This document shows, piece by piece, positions 39,407 to 50,518 of a stretch of DNA of 64,000 nucleotides; the stretch's first letter is position 1, and every line of letters starts with the position of its first letter. The DNA is taken from assembly GCA_963766325.1 (NCBI GenBank), contig CAVXZF010000007.1:93706-157705 (forward strand), read 5' to 3'. This stretch comes from an uncultured Actinomycetota bacterium. Its GTDB lineage: Bacteria > Actinomycetota > Actinomycetes > Mycobacteriales > CADCTP01. The position numbers and the translations under genes are program-made. The notes below the pieces were generated by a model. It did not search any database, was not told where the DNA came from, and saw only the letters and a list, made by a program, of their open reading frames with translations.

Positions 39407-39699
39407 CGCTCCACCACGATGACCCGGTCCAGCCGGGTCAGCGCGAGCAGCCGGGCGACCCGGGGCACGGCGTCGACCAGCACCAGCTCGCGACCCTGCA
39501 GCCGGGCTCGCCGGTGGGCCGCGACCAGGACGCCGAGACCGGTCGCGTCGAGCAGCTCGACCCCGGACAGGTCCACCACCAGCCGGCCGGATCCGCGGGT
39601 GAGCGCCTCGTGCAGCGCCTCGCGCGCCGCCGCCGCTCCCCGCGCGTCGAGCCGGCCGACCAGCTCGACCCCACCGTCCTGCGTCACGTTCGCTCGCAT
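39385..39699 (-). CDS. STAS-domain anti-sigma-factor antagonist
   Basis: LVVDLSGVELLDATGLGVLVAAHRRARLQGRELVLV pattern. GGGAGG lies 6 nt before ATG 39699. The track start 39738 is less likely. Confidence 0.7.
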   Translation of the reverse strand: MRANVTQDGGVELVGRLDARGAAAAREALHEALTRGSGRLVVDLSGVELLDATGLGVLVAAHRRARLQGRELVLVDAVPRVARLLALTRLDRVIVVERRGTVLA

Positions 39700-39851
39700 G
39701 GCGTCCCTCCCCCGCGCTAACGCCGGTACTGAGCACACATGATCGGGCGCTGATACGTCGCGTCCTCGCAGGGATCGTCATCGGATCGTCACCTGGGTGA
39801 CCGTCCGTGTTCGGCAGGCCCGTCGGCCGCGGGCAGTGCCAGACTGGACAC

Positions 39852-40187
39852 ATGCCTCTCGAGACCGGCGGCTACCACTACGTGGCGGGACCGGTCGTCG
39901 CGATCGTCCTGGTCTGCCTGCTCGCCATGCTGGCCCGGTGGATCTTCGGCACCGGCCGCAACCACGCCGCCGGCCGGGCACTGCCGCCGCGCTCCGGCCC
40001 GCAGGACCACGGGCTGCTCCGCCCGGTCGCCGAGCTTCCCGACCGGGCCGCCGGCGCGGCCCTGCGGGCGCTGCTGTCCGACGCCGGCATCCGGTCCACC
40101 CTCGGCGTACGGCGAGACGGCAGCGTGCAGGTGCTGGTCTTCCCGGACGACGAGGAGCAGGCCCGCCGGCTGGTCCCGCCCGGCTGA
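39852..40187 (+). CDS. Hypothetical small membrane-anchored protein
   Basis: One TM helix (VAGPVVAIVLVCLLAMLARWIF) plus a short soluble C-terminal domain. Supported only by ORF and position. Confidence 0.4.
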   Translation: MPLETGGYHYVAGPVVAIVLVCLLAMLARWIFGTGRNHAAGRALPPRSGPQDHGLLRPVAELPDRAAGAALRALLSDAGIRSTLGVRRDGSVQVLVFPDDEEQARRLVPPG

Positions 40188-40209
40188 CCCGCGGCCGTAG
40201 GGTGGCCGC

Positions 40210-40782
40210 ATGGCCGTGCACCTGACCCGCATCTACACCAAGACCGGCGACAAGGGCACGACCGCGCTCGGCGACATGAGCCGGGTGCGCAAGACCGATC
40301 CGCGGCTGGTCGCGTACGCGGACGTGGACGAGGCCAACTCGGCCATCGGCGCGGCGATCGCGCTCGGCGACCTGCCGAAGCCGATCGCGGCCCTGCTCCG
40401 TACGGTGCAGAACGATCTCTTCGACGTCGGCGCCGACCTCTGCACCCCGGTCGTGGACAACCCCGAGTTCCCGCCGCTGCGGGTCACCGACGCGCAGGTC
40501 GAGCGGCTGGAGGCGGCCTGCGACGAGCACAACCCGCGGCTGCCCAAGCTGGACAGCTTCCTGCTGCCCGGCGGCACCCCCGGCGCCGCCCTGCTGCACG
40601 TCGCCCGGACCGTGACGCGCCGGGCCGAGCGGAGCACCTGGGCGCTGCTCGAGGCGGACCCGGAGCGGACCGCCGAGGTGCCGGCCCGCTACCTCAACCG
40701 GCTGTCCGACCTGCTCTTCATCCTCGCCCGCACCGCCAACCCGGACGGCGACGTGCTCTGGACCCCGGGGGCCAACCGCTGA
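40210..40782 (+). CDS. ATP:cob(I)alamin adenosyltransferase, PduO type
   Basis: MAVHLTRIYTKTGDKGTTALGD...VDEANSAIG. Same position relative to the atp operon as Rv1314c. Confidence 0.85.
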   Translation: MAVHLTRIYTKTGDKGTTALGDMSRVRKTDPRLVAYADVDEANSAIGAAIALGDLPKPIAALLRTVQNDLFDVGADLCTPVVDNPEFPPLRVTDAQVERLEAACDEHNPRLPKLDSFLLPGGTPGAALLHVARTVTRRAERSTWALLEADPERTAEVPARYLNRLSDLLFILARTANPDGDVLWTPGANR

Positions 40783-40791
40783 ACGGATCGG

Positions 40792-41232
40792 TCAGGACGC
40801 GGCATATCCGGGCACCGCGAACCCGGGCGGGGCGGACTCGAGCCAGGACAGGAAGCCGGTGACCGCCCCGGAGCTCATCGCCACCTGCACCGGACCGGTG
40901 TCGTCCTGGCACTCCACGATCACCGCGCCGGCCTGCACCGCCCATGACTCGGCGCCGCTGGGCATCCGCCGGCCGATCACCTGCAGCTCGCGCCGGGACA
41001 GCGTGCGGGCCGGCTTCACCGACAGGGCGAACAACCGAAACCACAGCAGGTCGTCGCCGGTGTAACGGCCGACGCCAAGCGCCCAGCCGCCGCCGATCCG
41101 GCTGAAGCGGGTGCGCAGGCTCATGTCGATCGACCCGGCCGGGCGCAGCAGCACCCGGCGCCGCAGCGCCAGCAGCAGGAGGCTCAGGACGACGACGCCG
41201 ACCGCGACGGCGACGGCCAGCACGACCTCCAC
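40792..41232 (-). CDS. DUF2550 membrane protein (conserved downstream partner of atpC in actinobacteria)
   Basis: N-terminal TM helix followed by GWALGVGRYTGDDLLWFRLFALSVKP. Lies directly after atpC, like Rv1312. Confidence 0.7.
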   Translation of the reverse strand: MEVVLAVAVAVGVVVLSLLLLALRRRVLLRPAGSIDMSLRTRFSRIGGGWALGVGRYTGDDLLWFRLFALSVKPARTLSRRELQVIGRRMPSGAESWAVQAGAVIVECQDDTGPVQVAMSSGAVTGFLSWLESAPPGFAVPGYAAS

Positions 41233-41247
41233 CGCCGACCCCGCCGA

Positions 41248-41643
41248 CTAGACCGGCTGGCCGGACGCGCGGAGCCGGGACAGCGCCCGGCTGGCGGCAG
41301 CGCCCGCCTCGGAGTCGTCCTCGTCGGCGGACCGCGCCCGCTCCAGCGCCTGCTGGGCCCGGCCGACGTCGATCTCGTCAGCCCGCTCGGCCAGCTCGGC
41401 GAGGATCGAGACGCCGTCCTCGGTGACCGACAGGAAGCCGCCGTGCACGGCGAAGACGAGCTCCTCGCCGCCGCCTTCCTCCTGGATCCGGACGACGCCA
41501 CCGGGGGCGAGCTCACCGAGCAGCGGCGCGTGGCCCGGGAGCACGCCCAACTCGCCCTCGGTCGTACGGGCGATGACCATGCGGGCCTCGCCCGACCACA
41601 GCAGTCGCTCGACCGAGACGAGCTCGACGTGCACTGATGCCAC
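41248..41643 (-). CDS. atpC: F1 ATP synthase subunit epsilon
   Basis: [45 protein letters not shown] lies 6 nt before GTG 41643. ATG 41649 abuts the SD and is less likely. Confidence 0.85.
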   Translation of the reverse strand: MASVHVELVSVERLLWSGEARMVIARTTEGELGVLPGHAPLLGELAPGGVVRIQEEGGGEELVFAVHGGFLSVTEDGVSILAELAERADEIDVGRAQQALERARSADEDDSEAGAAASRALSRLRASGQPV

Positions 41644-41713
41644 GCGCATCTCCTTCGCCGGCGGGGGTCCTGCGCAGTCTAGCCAGTGCCTTTCGGCCGG
41701 TTAGGCTCGGGCT

Positions 41714-42376
41714 GTGCCCGCCCGGCCCTACGTGCTGCTGAGTTGCGCCATGTCACTGGACGGGTGCCTGGACGACGCGACCGACCAGCGGCTGGTGCTG
41801 TCCGGGCCGGCCGACCTGGACCGGGTGGACGCCGAGCGGGCCGGCTGCGACGCCATCGTGGTCGGCGCGGAGACGGTCCGCCGCGACGACCCGCGGCTGG
41901 AGGTGCGCTCGCCGGCCCGGCGCGCGGCCCGGATCGCGGCCGGGCGGCCGCCGTCGCCGCTGCGGGTGGTGCTGACCCGCGGTGGCGGGCTGGACCCCGG
42001 GGCGCGGCTGTTCGGCGGCGGGGCGACGCCGCTGGTCTACTGCGCCAGCGCGGGGCTGGATCAGGCCCGGGAGCGGCTCGGCGCGGTGGCCACCGTGGCC
42101 GACGCCGGCCCGGCCGGTGACCTCCACGGCGTGCTGGCCGACCTGGCCGGGCGGGGCGTGCGGCGGCTGATGGTGGAGGGCGGCAGCGCGGTGCTGGCCG
42201 GCTTCCTCGACGCCGGGCTGGCCGACGAGCTGCAGCTGGCCGTTGCGCCGCTGCTGGTCGGTGACCCGCGGGCGCCGCGCTTCCTCGGGAGGCCGGGGCG
42301 GCCCCGGCTGCTCGACCTGCGGGCGGTCGGGGACGCGGCGCTGCTGCGGTACGCGCTGTCGGACCGGGCCTCGTGA
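41714..42376 (+). CDS. RibD C-terminal-domain reductase (5-amino-6-(5-phosphoribosylamino)uracil reductase-like / DHFR-fold)
   Basis: RPYVLLSCAMSLDGCLDD...RAGCDAIVVGAETVRRDDPRL...RRLMVEGGSAVLAGFL. Confidence 0.7.
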   Translation: MPARPYVLLSCAMSLDGCLDDATDQRLVLSGPADLDRVDAERAGCDAIVVGAETVRRDDPRLEVRSPARRAARIAAGRPPSPLRVVLTRGGGLDPGARLFGGGATPLVYCASAGLDQARERLGAVATVADAGPAGDLHGVLADLAGRGVRRLMVEGGSAVLAGFLDAGLADELQLAVAPLLVGDPRAPRFLGRPGRPRLLDLRAVGDAALLRYALSDRAS

Positions 42377-42807
42377 CCGACGACACCGAGCTGCTCCGCC
42401 GGGCGGTCGAGCTGGCCCGCCGCTGCCCGCCTTCCCGGACCGCGTACGCGGTGGGCGCGCTGGTGGTGGCCCCGGACGGCACCGTGCTGGGCCACGGGCA
42501 CTCCCGGGAGACCGCCCCGGACGTGCACGCCGAGGAGGTCGCGCTGGACCGCTCCGGCGTGGCCGCGACCGGCGCGACCGTCTACAGCTCGCTGGAGCCG
42601 TGCGGGGTCCGCCGGTCCCGTCCGGTGCCGTGTGCGCGGCTGCTCGTCGCCGCCGGCGTACGGCGAGTGGTCTTCGCGCTGCGCGAGCCGCCGCTGCTGG
42701 CCGCCGGCGGCGGGGCGGAGGTGCTCACCGCGGCCGGCGTGGAGGTCCTCGAGCTGCCCGGGTTGGCCGACGCCGCCCGGGCCGCCAACCCGCACCTGCT
42801 CGACTGA
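42373..42807 (+). CDS. Cytidine/deoxycytidylate-type zinc deaminase (RibD N-terminal-domain-like)
   Basis: HAEEVAL and LEPC....PC zinc-ligand motifs. GTGA overlap with the preceding reductase gene. Confidence 0.7.
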   Translation: MTDDTELLRRAVELARRCPPSRTAYAVGALVVAPDGTVLGHGHSRETAPDVHAEEVALDRSGVAATGATVYSSLEPCGVRRSRPVPCARLLVAAGVRRVVFALREPPLLAAGGGAEVLTAAGVEVLELPGLADAARAANPHLLD

Positions 42808-42814
42808 GCACGGA

Positions 42815-42850
42815 CGGCGACGGCCGGTCCGCAGGGACCGGCCGCCGTCG
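42815..42850. terminator. GC-rich hairpin between the deaminase gene (+) and atpD (-)
   Basis: 16-bp stem CGGCGACGGCCGGTCC / GGACCGGCCGCCGTCG with one mismatch and one G-T pair, loop GCAG. It starts 8 nt after the atpD stop. Confidence 0.5.
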
Positions 42851-42858
42851 TGGGTGGA

Positions 42859-45245
<2,387 letters not shown>

Positions 45246-45249
45246 CGGA

Positions 45250-46908
45250 TCAGCCCTGGCTCTGCGCCGGGCGCGGCTGCCGGTAGCGCTTGACCGTCTC
45301 CTGGCCGACGTCCTCGGCGTCCATCGCCTCGGCCGGCGCCTCGTGGCCAACCAGCGGCCGGCCCTCCGAGGTCTGGAACTCCTTCTTGAACGCTTCGACG
45401 GCCCGCTTGAGCTGCTCCAGCGTGTCGTCGTCGAGCTTGCCGGTCTGCACGATCGCGTCGTAGATCCCGCGGTGCTCGCGGCCGACGTAGTCGAGGAACT
45501 CCCGCTCGAAGCGGCGGATGTCGGCCACCGGGACCACGTCCAGCTCGCCGGTGGTGCCGGCCCAGATGGACACGACCTCCTGCTCGACCGGGAAGGGTGA
45601 GTACTGCGGCTGCTTGAGCAGCTCGACCAGCCGGGCACCGCGGGCCAGCGCGTCCTGCGAGGCCTTGTCCAGGTCGGAGCCGAACGCGGAGAACGCCTCG
45701 AGCTCGCGGAACTGGGCCAGGTTGAGCCGCAGCGAGCCGGCCACCGTCTTCATCGCCTTGATCTGCGCGTTGCCGCCGACCCGGGAGACCGAGACGCCGA
45801 CGTTGATGGCCGGCCGGACGCCCGAGTTGAACAGGCCGGTCTCCAGGAAGATCTGGCCGTCGGTGATGGAGATGACGTTGGTCGGGATGTACGCCGAGAT
45901 GTCGTTGCCGCGGGTCTCGATCATCGGGAAGCCGGTCATCGAGCCGCCGCCGAGCTCGTCGGACAGCTTCGCGCAGCGCTCCAGCAGCCGGGAGTGCAGG
46001 TAGAAGACGTCGCCCGGGTACGCCTCGCGGCCCGGCGGGCGGCGCAGCAGCAGCGAGATCGCGCGGTACGCCTCGGCCTGCTTGGACAGGTCGTCGAAGA
46101 CGATCAGCACGTGCTTGCCGCCGTACATCCAGTGCTGGCCGATGGCCGAGCCGGTGTAAGGGGCCAGGTACTTGAAGCCGGCCGCGTCCGAGGCCGGGGC
46201 GGCGACGATCGTCGTGTACTCCAGCGCGCCGGCCTCCTCCAGCGTCGCCCGCAGCGCGGCGATCGTGGAGCCCTTCTGGCCGACCGCAACGTAGATGCAG
46301 CGGACCTGCTGCTTCGGGTCGCCGGTGGCCCAGTTGGCCTTCTGGTTGATGATCGTGTCGATCGCGATCGTGGTCTTGCCGGTCTGCCGGTCGCCGATGA
46401 TGAGCTGGCGCTGGCCGCGGCCGATCGCGGTCATCGCGTCGATCGCCTTGATACCGGTCTGCAGCGGCTCCTTCACCGGCTGGCGCTGCACCACGCTCGG
46501 CGCCTGCAGCTCCAGCGCGCGCCGCTCCTCGCTGGTGATCTCGCCCATGCCGTCGATCGGCTCGCCCAGCGCGTCGACCACGCGGCCGAGGAACCCGTCG
46601 CCGACCGGGACGGACAGGATGTCGCCGGTGCGCTGCACCGGCTGGCCCTCGTCGATGCCCTGCTGGTCGCCGAGGATCACGACGCCGATCTCGCGGACGT
46701 CGAGGTTGAGGGCCAGGCCCAGCGTGCCGTCCTCGAAGCGGAGCAGCTCGTTGGTCATCGCCGACGGAAGACCCTGGACACGGGCGATGCCGTCACCGGT
46801 CTCCGAGACGACGCCGACCTCCTCGCGCGAGACCTCCGGGGAGTAGGACCGGACGTAGTCGTCGAGAGCACTCCGGATCTCATCGGCGGAGATCGTCAAC
46901 TCAGCCAT
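45250..46908 (-). CDS. atpA: F1 ATP synthase subunit alpha
   Basis: [12 protein letters not shown]... and Walker [15 protein letters not shown] lies 8 nt before ATG 46908. Confidence 0.95.
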   Translation of the reverse strand: MAELTISADEIRSALDDYVRSYSPEVSREEVGVVSETGDGIARVQGLPSAMTNELLRFEDGTLGLALNLDVREIGVVILGDQQGIDEGQPVQRTGDILSVPVGDGFLGRVVDALGEPIDGMGEITSEERRALELQAPSVVQRQPVKEPLQTGIKAIDAMTAIGRGQRQLIIGDRQTGKTTIAIDTIINQKANWATGDPKQQVRCIYVAVGQKGSTIAALRATLEEAGALEYTTIVAAPASDAAGFKYLAPYTGSAIGQHWMYGGKHVLIVFDDLSKQAEAYRAISLLLRRPPGREAYPGDVFYLHSRLLERCAKLSDELGGGSMTGFPMIETRGNDISAYIPTNVISITDGQIFLETGLFNSGVRPAINVGVSVSRVGGNAQIKAMKTVAGSLRLNLAQFRELEAFSAFGSDLDKASQDALARGARLVELLKQPQYSPFPVEQEVVSIWAGTTGELDVVPVADIRRFEREFLDYVGREHRGIYDAIVQTGKLDDDTLEQLKRAVEAFKKEFQTSEGRPLVGHEAPAEAMDAEDVGQETVKRYRQPRPAQSQG

Positions 46909-46996
46909 CTGCACTGCTCCCCTGCATATCGTCCGTCGTTCGTGTCGCTTCGCGTACGGTCCCTGCCCGCATGGTCCCTGCCCCGCGCCGGCCCGG

Positions 46997-47824
46997 CTAC
47001 CCGGCCAGCCGGTGCCGGGCCGTGGTCAGCCGGGAGAGCACGCTGCCGTCGATGACCTCGTCGTTCACCCGCACCACCAGGCCGCCGAGCAAGGCCGGGT
47101 CGACCGCCACCTGGATCGACACCGGGCGGCCGTAGATCCGGGCCAGCACGTCGGCCAGCCGGCGCTCCTGCTGCTCGGTCAGCGGCGCCGCCGCGGTCAC
47201 CGTCGCCACGTAGCGCTGCCGGCGGGCCGCGGCCAGCTCGACGAGCTCGCCGGTCGACCGGTCCAGCGTGCGGCCGCGGGGCACGCGGACCGCGTGCTCC
47301 AGCAGTCGCCGGGTGGTCGGGTCGACCCGCTCGCCGATCAGCCGATCGAGGAGGCCGGCGCGGCGATCCGGGTCGGCCGTGCGGTCCTCCAGCGCCTGCC
47401 GCAGCCCCGGCTCGCCGTCCAGGATCCGGGCGAAGCGGAACAGCTGGTCCTCGACCTCGTCCAGCCTGCCCTCGCGCTCGGCCACCCCGAGCGCGGCCCG
47501 GCGGCCGAGCAGCTCGGTCGCGTCGGTCAGATCGCGCGGGGTGGACCAGCGGGACCGCACCAGCGGGCGCAGCAGCCGCAGCGTCGAGTCGCCGACCTGG
47601 GCGCCGAGCAGCCGCTCCAGCAGCGCCGCCCGGCGGTCCGGCTCGGCGGCCGGGTCGGCCAGCGCCCGACGCACGCCGGGCTGCCGGTCCAGCAGCGTCA
47701 CGGTGGCGAACAGCTCGTCCGCCATCCGGGCCAGGTCGGCCGGGTCGGCGCTGTCGACGTAGTCGTCCAGCCCGCGGGTCGCAAGATCGAGCGACTCGCG
47801 GCTGGCCGCACCGGTGAGGTCCAT
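46997..47824 (-). CDS. atpH: F1 ATP synthase subunit delta
   Basis: C-terminal OSCP pattern ([22 protein letters not shown]). ATG 47824 lies 1 nt after the atpF stop. Confidence 0.85.
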   Translation of the reverse strand: MDLTGAASRESLDLATRGLDDYVDSADPADLARMADELFATVTLLDRQPGVRRALADPAAEPDRRAALLERLLGAQVGDSTLRLLRPLVRSRWSTPRDLTDATELLGRRAALGVAEREGRLDEVEDQLFRFARILDGEPGLRQALEDRTADPDRRAGLLDRLIGERVDPTTRRLLEHAVRVPRGRTLDRSTGELVELAAARRQRYVATVTAAAPLTEQQERRLADVLARIYGRPVSIQVAVDPALLGGLVVRVNDEVIDGSVLSRLTTARHRLAG

Positions 47825-47825
47825 G

Positions 47826-48596
47826 TCAGCGCCGCCGGGACGACGGGCCGTCCCCGTCGCCGTCGCCACTCGCCGCCGTCCCGCCGGTCTCCCTCGCCGC
47901 GCCGGTCGAGCCGCTGAAGCCCGTCGAGCCGCTGCCGCCCGTCGAGCCGCTGCCGCCGGTCGGGCCGCCGCCGGTCGAGCTGCTGGAGGCGCCGCCGGTC
48001 AGGCCGGCCGAGCCGCTGCTGGCCGAGTCGGTGCTGCTGGGAGCGCCGGCGGGCACGGACTCCGCCATTCCGTCCAGGTCGTCGAGGAACCGGTCCACGG
48101 TCCGCTGCCGCGCCTGGTCGTGGGCCAGCGACTCGCCGACCACCCGCTCGGCGAGCTGGGTCGCCAGCGTGCCGATCTCCCCGCGCAGCTCGCGCACCAC
48201 CTGCTGGCGCTGCACGGACAGCTGCTCCTCGCCCCGGGCCACGATCCGCGCGGACTCCTCCTGCGCGGTGGACCGCATCTCCTCGATGATCCGCTGGCCC
48301 TCGGCCCGGGCGTTGTCCCGGATCTGCGCGGCCTCGGTGCGCGCCTCGGCGAGCTGCTGCCGGTAGTCGGTCAGCAGCCGCTTAGCCTCCTCCTGGGCCT
48401 CCTCGGCCCGCTTGATCCCGCCCTCGATCGCGTCGCGGCGCGCCTCGAAGGTCGCCTCCATCCGCGGCCAGACGTACTTCATCAGCACCCAGGCGAGGAT
48501 CGCGAACGCGATCAGGCCGATGATGATCTCTTCGACGGGCGGGACGACCGGGTTCGGCTCCTCCCCGCCCTCGGTGACGGCCAGGATGTGCAGCAT
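47826..48596 (-). CDS. atpF: Fo ATP synthase subunit b with ~78-aa Ser/Gly/Thr-rich C-terminal extension
   Basis: N-terminal TM helix plus a long charged helix (RRDAIEGGIKRAEEAQEEAKRLL) and operon position. Confidence 0.8.
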   Translation of the reverse strand: MLHILAVTEGGEEPNPVVPPVEEIIIGLIAFAILAWVLMKYVWPRMEATFEARRDAIEGGIKRAEEAQEEAKRLLTDYRQQLAEARTEAAQIRDNARAEGQRIIEEMRSTAQEESARIVARGEEQLSVQRQQVVRELRGEIGTLATQLAERVVGESLAHDQARQRTVDRFLDDLDGMAESVPAGAPSSTDSASSGSAGLTGGASSSSTGGGPTGGSGSTGGSGSTGFSGSTGAARETGGTAASGDGDGDGPSSRRR

Positions 48597-48619
48597 GGCG
48601 AGTCCCGTCTGGTGCTGGG

Positions 48620-48877
<258 letters not shown>

Positions 48878-48914
48878 TCACGCGTACCGAACGGGGCGGG
48901 TGGGGCCGGGGGCC

Positions 48915-49730
48915 TCAGTGCGCCTCTTCCAGGGCACCGGCCAGGTAGGTCGCGGTGAGCACGGTGAACACGTACGCCTGCAGGACCTGCACCAGCAGCT
49001 CGAAGAACGTCATGATGACCGCCATCACGAACGACACCGGCGCGAAGACCACCGAGAAGTTCCCGGTCTGGAGCAGGTACGCCGCGCCGAGCGCGAAGAT
49101 CACCAGCAGCAGGTGGCCGGCGAACATGTTCGCAAACAGCCGGATGGCGAGGGTCAGCGGCCGGAAGATCAGCGTCGAGGCGATCTCGATGGGCGTGACG
49201 AGCACGTACATCGGCTTGGGCACCCCGGGCGGGAACGCGACACCCTTGAAGTAGGGCCCGATGCCCTGGGCGCGAATGCCCACCCAGTTGAAGAGGAGGT
49301 ACGTGATCGCGGCGAGGAATGCCGGGATCGCGATCTTCGCCGTCGGCGCGATCTGCGCGAACGGGACGATCCCCATCAGGTTGTTGGCCAGGATGAAGTA
49401 GAAGAGGACCCCGAGATAGGGCGCGAACCGCAGCCCCTCCCGGCCGATCACCTCGCGGGCGATGCCGTCCCGGACGAACGAGTAGGCCGCCTCGCCCATC
49501 CACTGCAGCTTCGCCGGCACCAGCTGCGGCCGGCGCACCGACGCGAGGAAGAAGATCCCCACCGCCGCGGTGGCGATCCAGGAGATGACGGTGATGCGGG
49601 TGATCTCGAAGGTCAGGCCCAACACGCTGAACTCGGCCAGCGGCGCGGGGAAGAACTCGTTGACGGTCGGCGCGCAGAACCCGGGGTCGTCCGGCGGGCA
49701 CTCGGTGGCGAGGATGGTGCTGGTGCTCAC
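48915..49730 (-). CDS. atpB: Fo ATP synthase subunit a
   Basis: The conserved LAIRLFANMFAGHLLL motif and operon position. Confidence 0.9.
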   Translation of the reverse strand: MSTSTILATECPPDDPGFCAPTVNEFFPAPLAEFSVLGLTFEITRITVISWIATAAVGIFFLASVRRPQLVPAKLQWMGEAAYSFVRDGIAREVIGREGLRFAPYLGVLFYFILANNLMGIVPFAQIAPTAKIAIPAFLAAITYLLFNWVGIRAQGIGPYFKGVAFPPGVPKPMYVLVTPIEIASTLIFRPLTLAIRLFANMFAGHLLLVIFALGAAYLLQTGNFSVVFAPVSFVMAVIMTFFELLVQVLQAYVFTVLTATYLAGALEEAH

Positions 49731-49743
49731 CCGGACTCTCCTC

Positions 49744-49950
49744 TCACTTCCCGTACCGGACGGTCACGTAGTAAATCGATGCAGCCGCCCCGACGATCAC
49801 CCCGATCGCCTTGACGAAGGTGGTACCCAACCAGAGGTCGACCAGCCAGCCGACCCCGCCCCACACGCAGATCCCCGCGAGCAAGGTGCCGAGAGCCGCC
49901 CAGCCCTGAGCTGCTCCGGAGGAGTCCGGAGGCTGACGTCCCTCTGTCAT
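49744..49950 (-). CDS. AtpZ/AtpI-family small membrane protein
   Basis: 68 aa with two TM helices, immediately upstream of atpB. Confidence 0.6.
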   Translation of the reverse strand: MTEGRQPPDSSGAAQGWAALGTLLAGICVWGGVGWLVDLWLGTTFVKAIGVIVGAAASIYYVTVRYGK

Positions 49951-50035
49951 GGCAGCCGTACCGTATCAGCGGCGGTGGTCGGCTCCGACCGCGGCCCCCC
50001 GGCTGAGCAGGCCACCAGCGCAGGCCACGAGGGGT

Positions 50036-50518
50036 TCAGCGGCCGGCGCCCGGGTCGACGTAGTAGATCCGCGACGTCCACACCCGCCGGGCGTGCACCG
50101 CGGTCCAGGCGATGGTCCCGACCAGCACCGACAGGCCCAGCGCGGTCGGGTCCAGCCAGGGCTGGTCGCGCACCGACACCATGAGCACGCCGAGCAGCAC
50201 GACCTTTATCAGGTACGTCCCCAGCGCGGCCGGCAGGGTCAGCTCGTCGCCCAGCTTGCCGGCAGCGGCCACCGCCAGCGCCCCGATGCAGAAGAACGCG
50301 GCCACGATCGCCAGCCCGACCGCCACCCAGGCCGCGGCCCGAGCGTCCCGCAGCAGCCAGGCGCCGGGCACCCCGACGGCGGCGAGCACCGCGGTGGTCG
50401 CCAGCCCGGAGCGCAGGTGGCCGAGGTCCCAGGGCACCGCGGACGCCGGCTTCGGCAGCCCGTCGTCGGCCGGCCCGCCCACGGCCGCCGGGTCGCTCAC
50501 GGGCGGCGGGCCGCTCAC
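50036..50518 (-). CDS. atpI: ATP synthase protein I-like membrane protein
   Basis: Four hydrophobic segments, located between wecA and atpB (as Rv1303). The start is uncertain: GTG 50518 overlaps the wecA stop, and GTG 50500 is an alternative. Confidence 0.5.
   Translation of the reverse strand: MSGPPPVSDPAAVGGPADDGLPKPASAVPWDLGHLRSGLATTAVLAAVGVPGAWLLRDARAAAWVAVGLAIVAAFFCIGALAVAAAGKLGDELTLPAALGTYLIKVVLLGVLMVSVRDQPWLDPTALGLSVLVGTIAWTAVHARRVWTSRIYYVDPGAGR

Noticed and set aside
39788-39801. Palindrome GTCACCTGGGTGAC, and the adjacent direct repeat GGATCGTCA twice, in the STAS / small-membrane-protein divergent region
   Set aside because: The arms are only 6 bp in GC-rich sequence and no second copy occurs in the window. 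That is too weak to call an operator.
41679-42795. Minus-strand ORFs (41679-42482 and 42061-42795) that would keep the atpD-atpC gap on the atp strand
   Set aside because: Their translations are Arg/Pro/Ala-rich low-complexity strings. The plus-strand frames carry RibD_C-like and zinc-deaminase motifs and a coupled GTGA junction.
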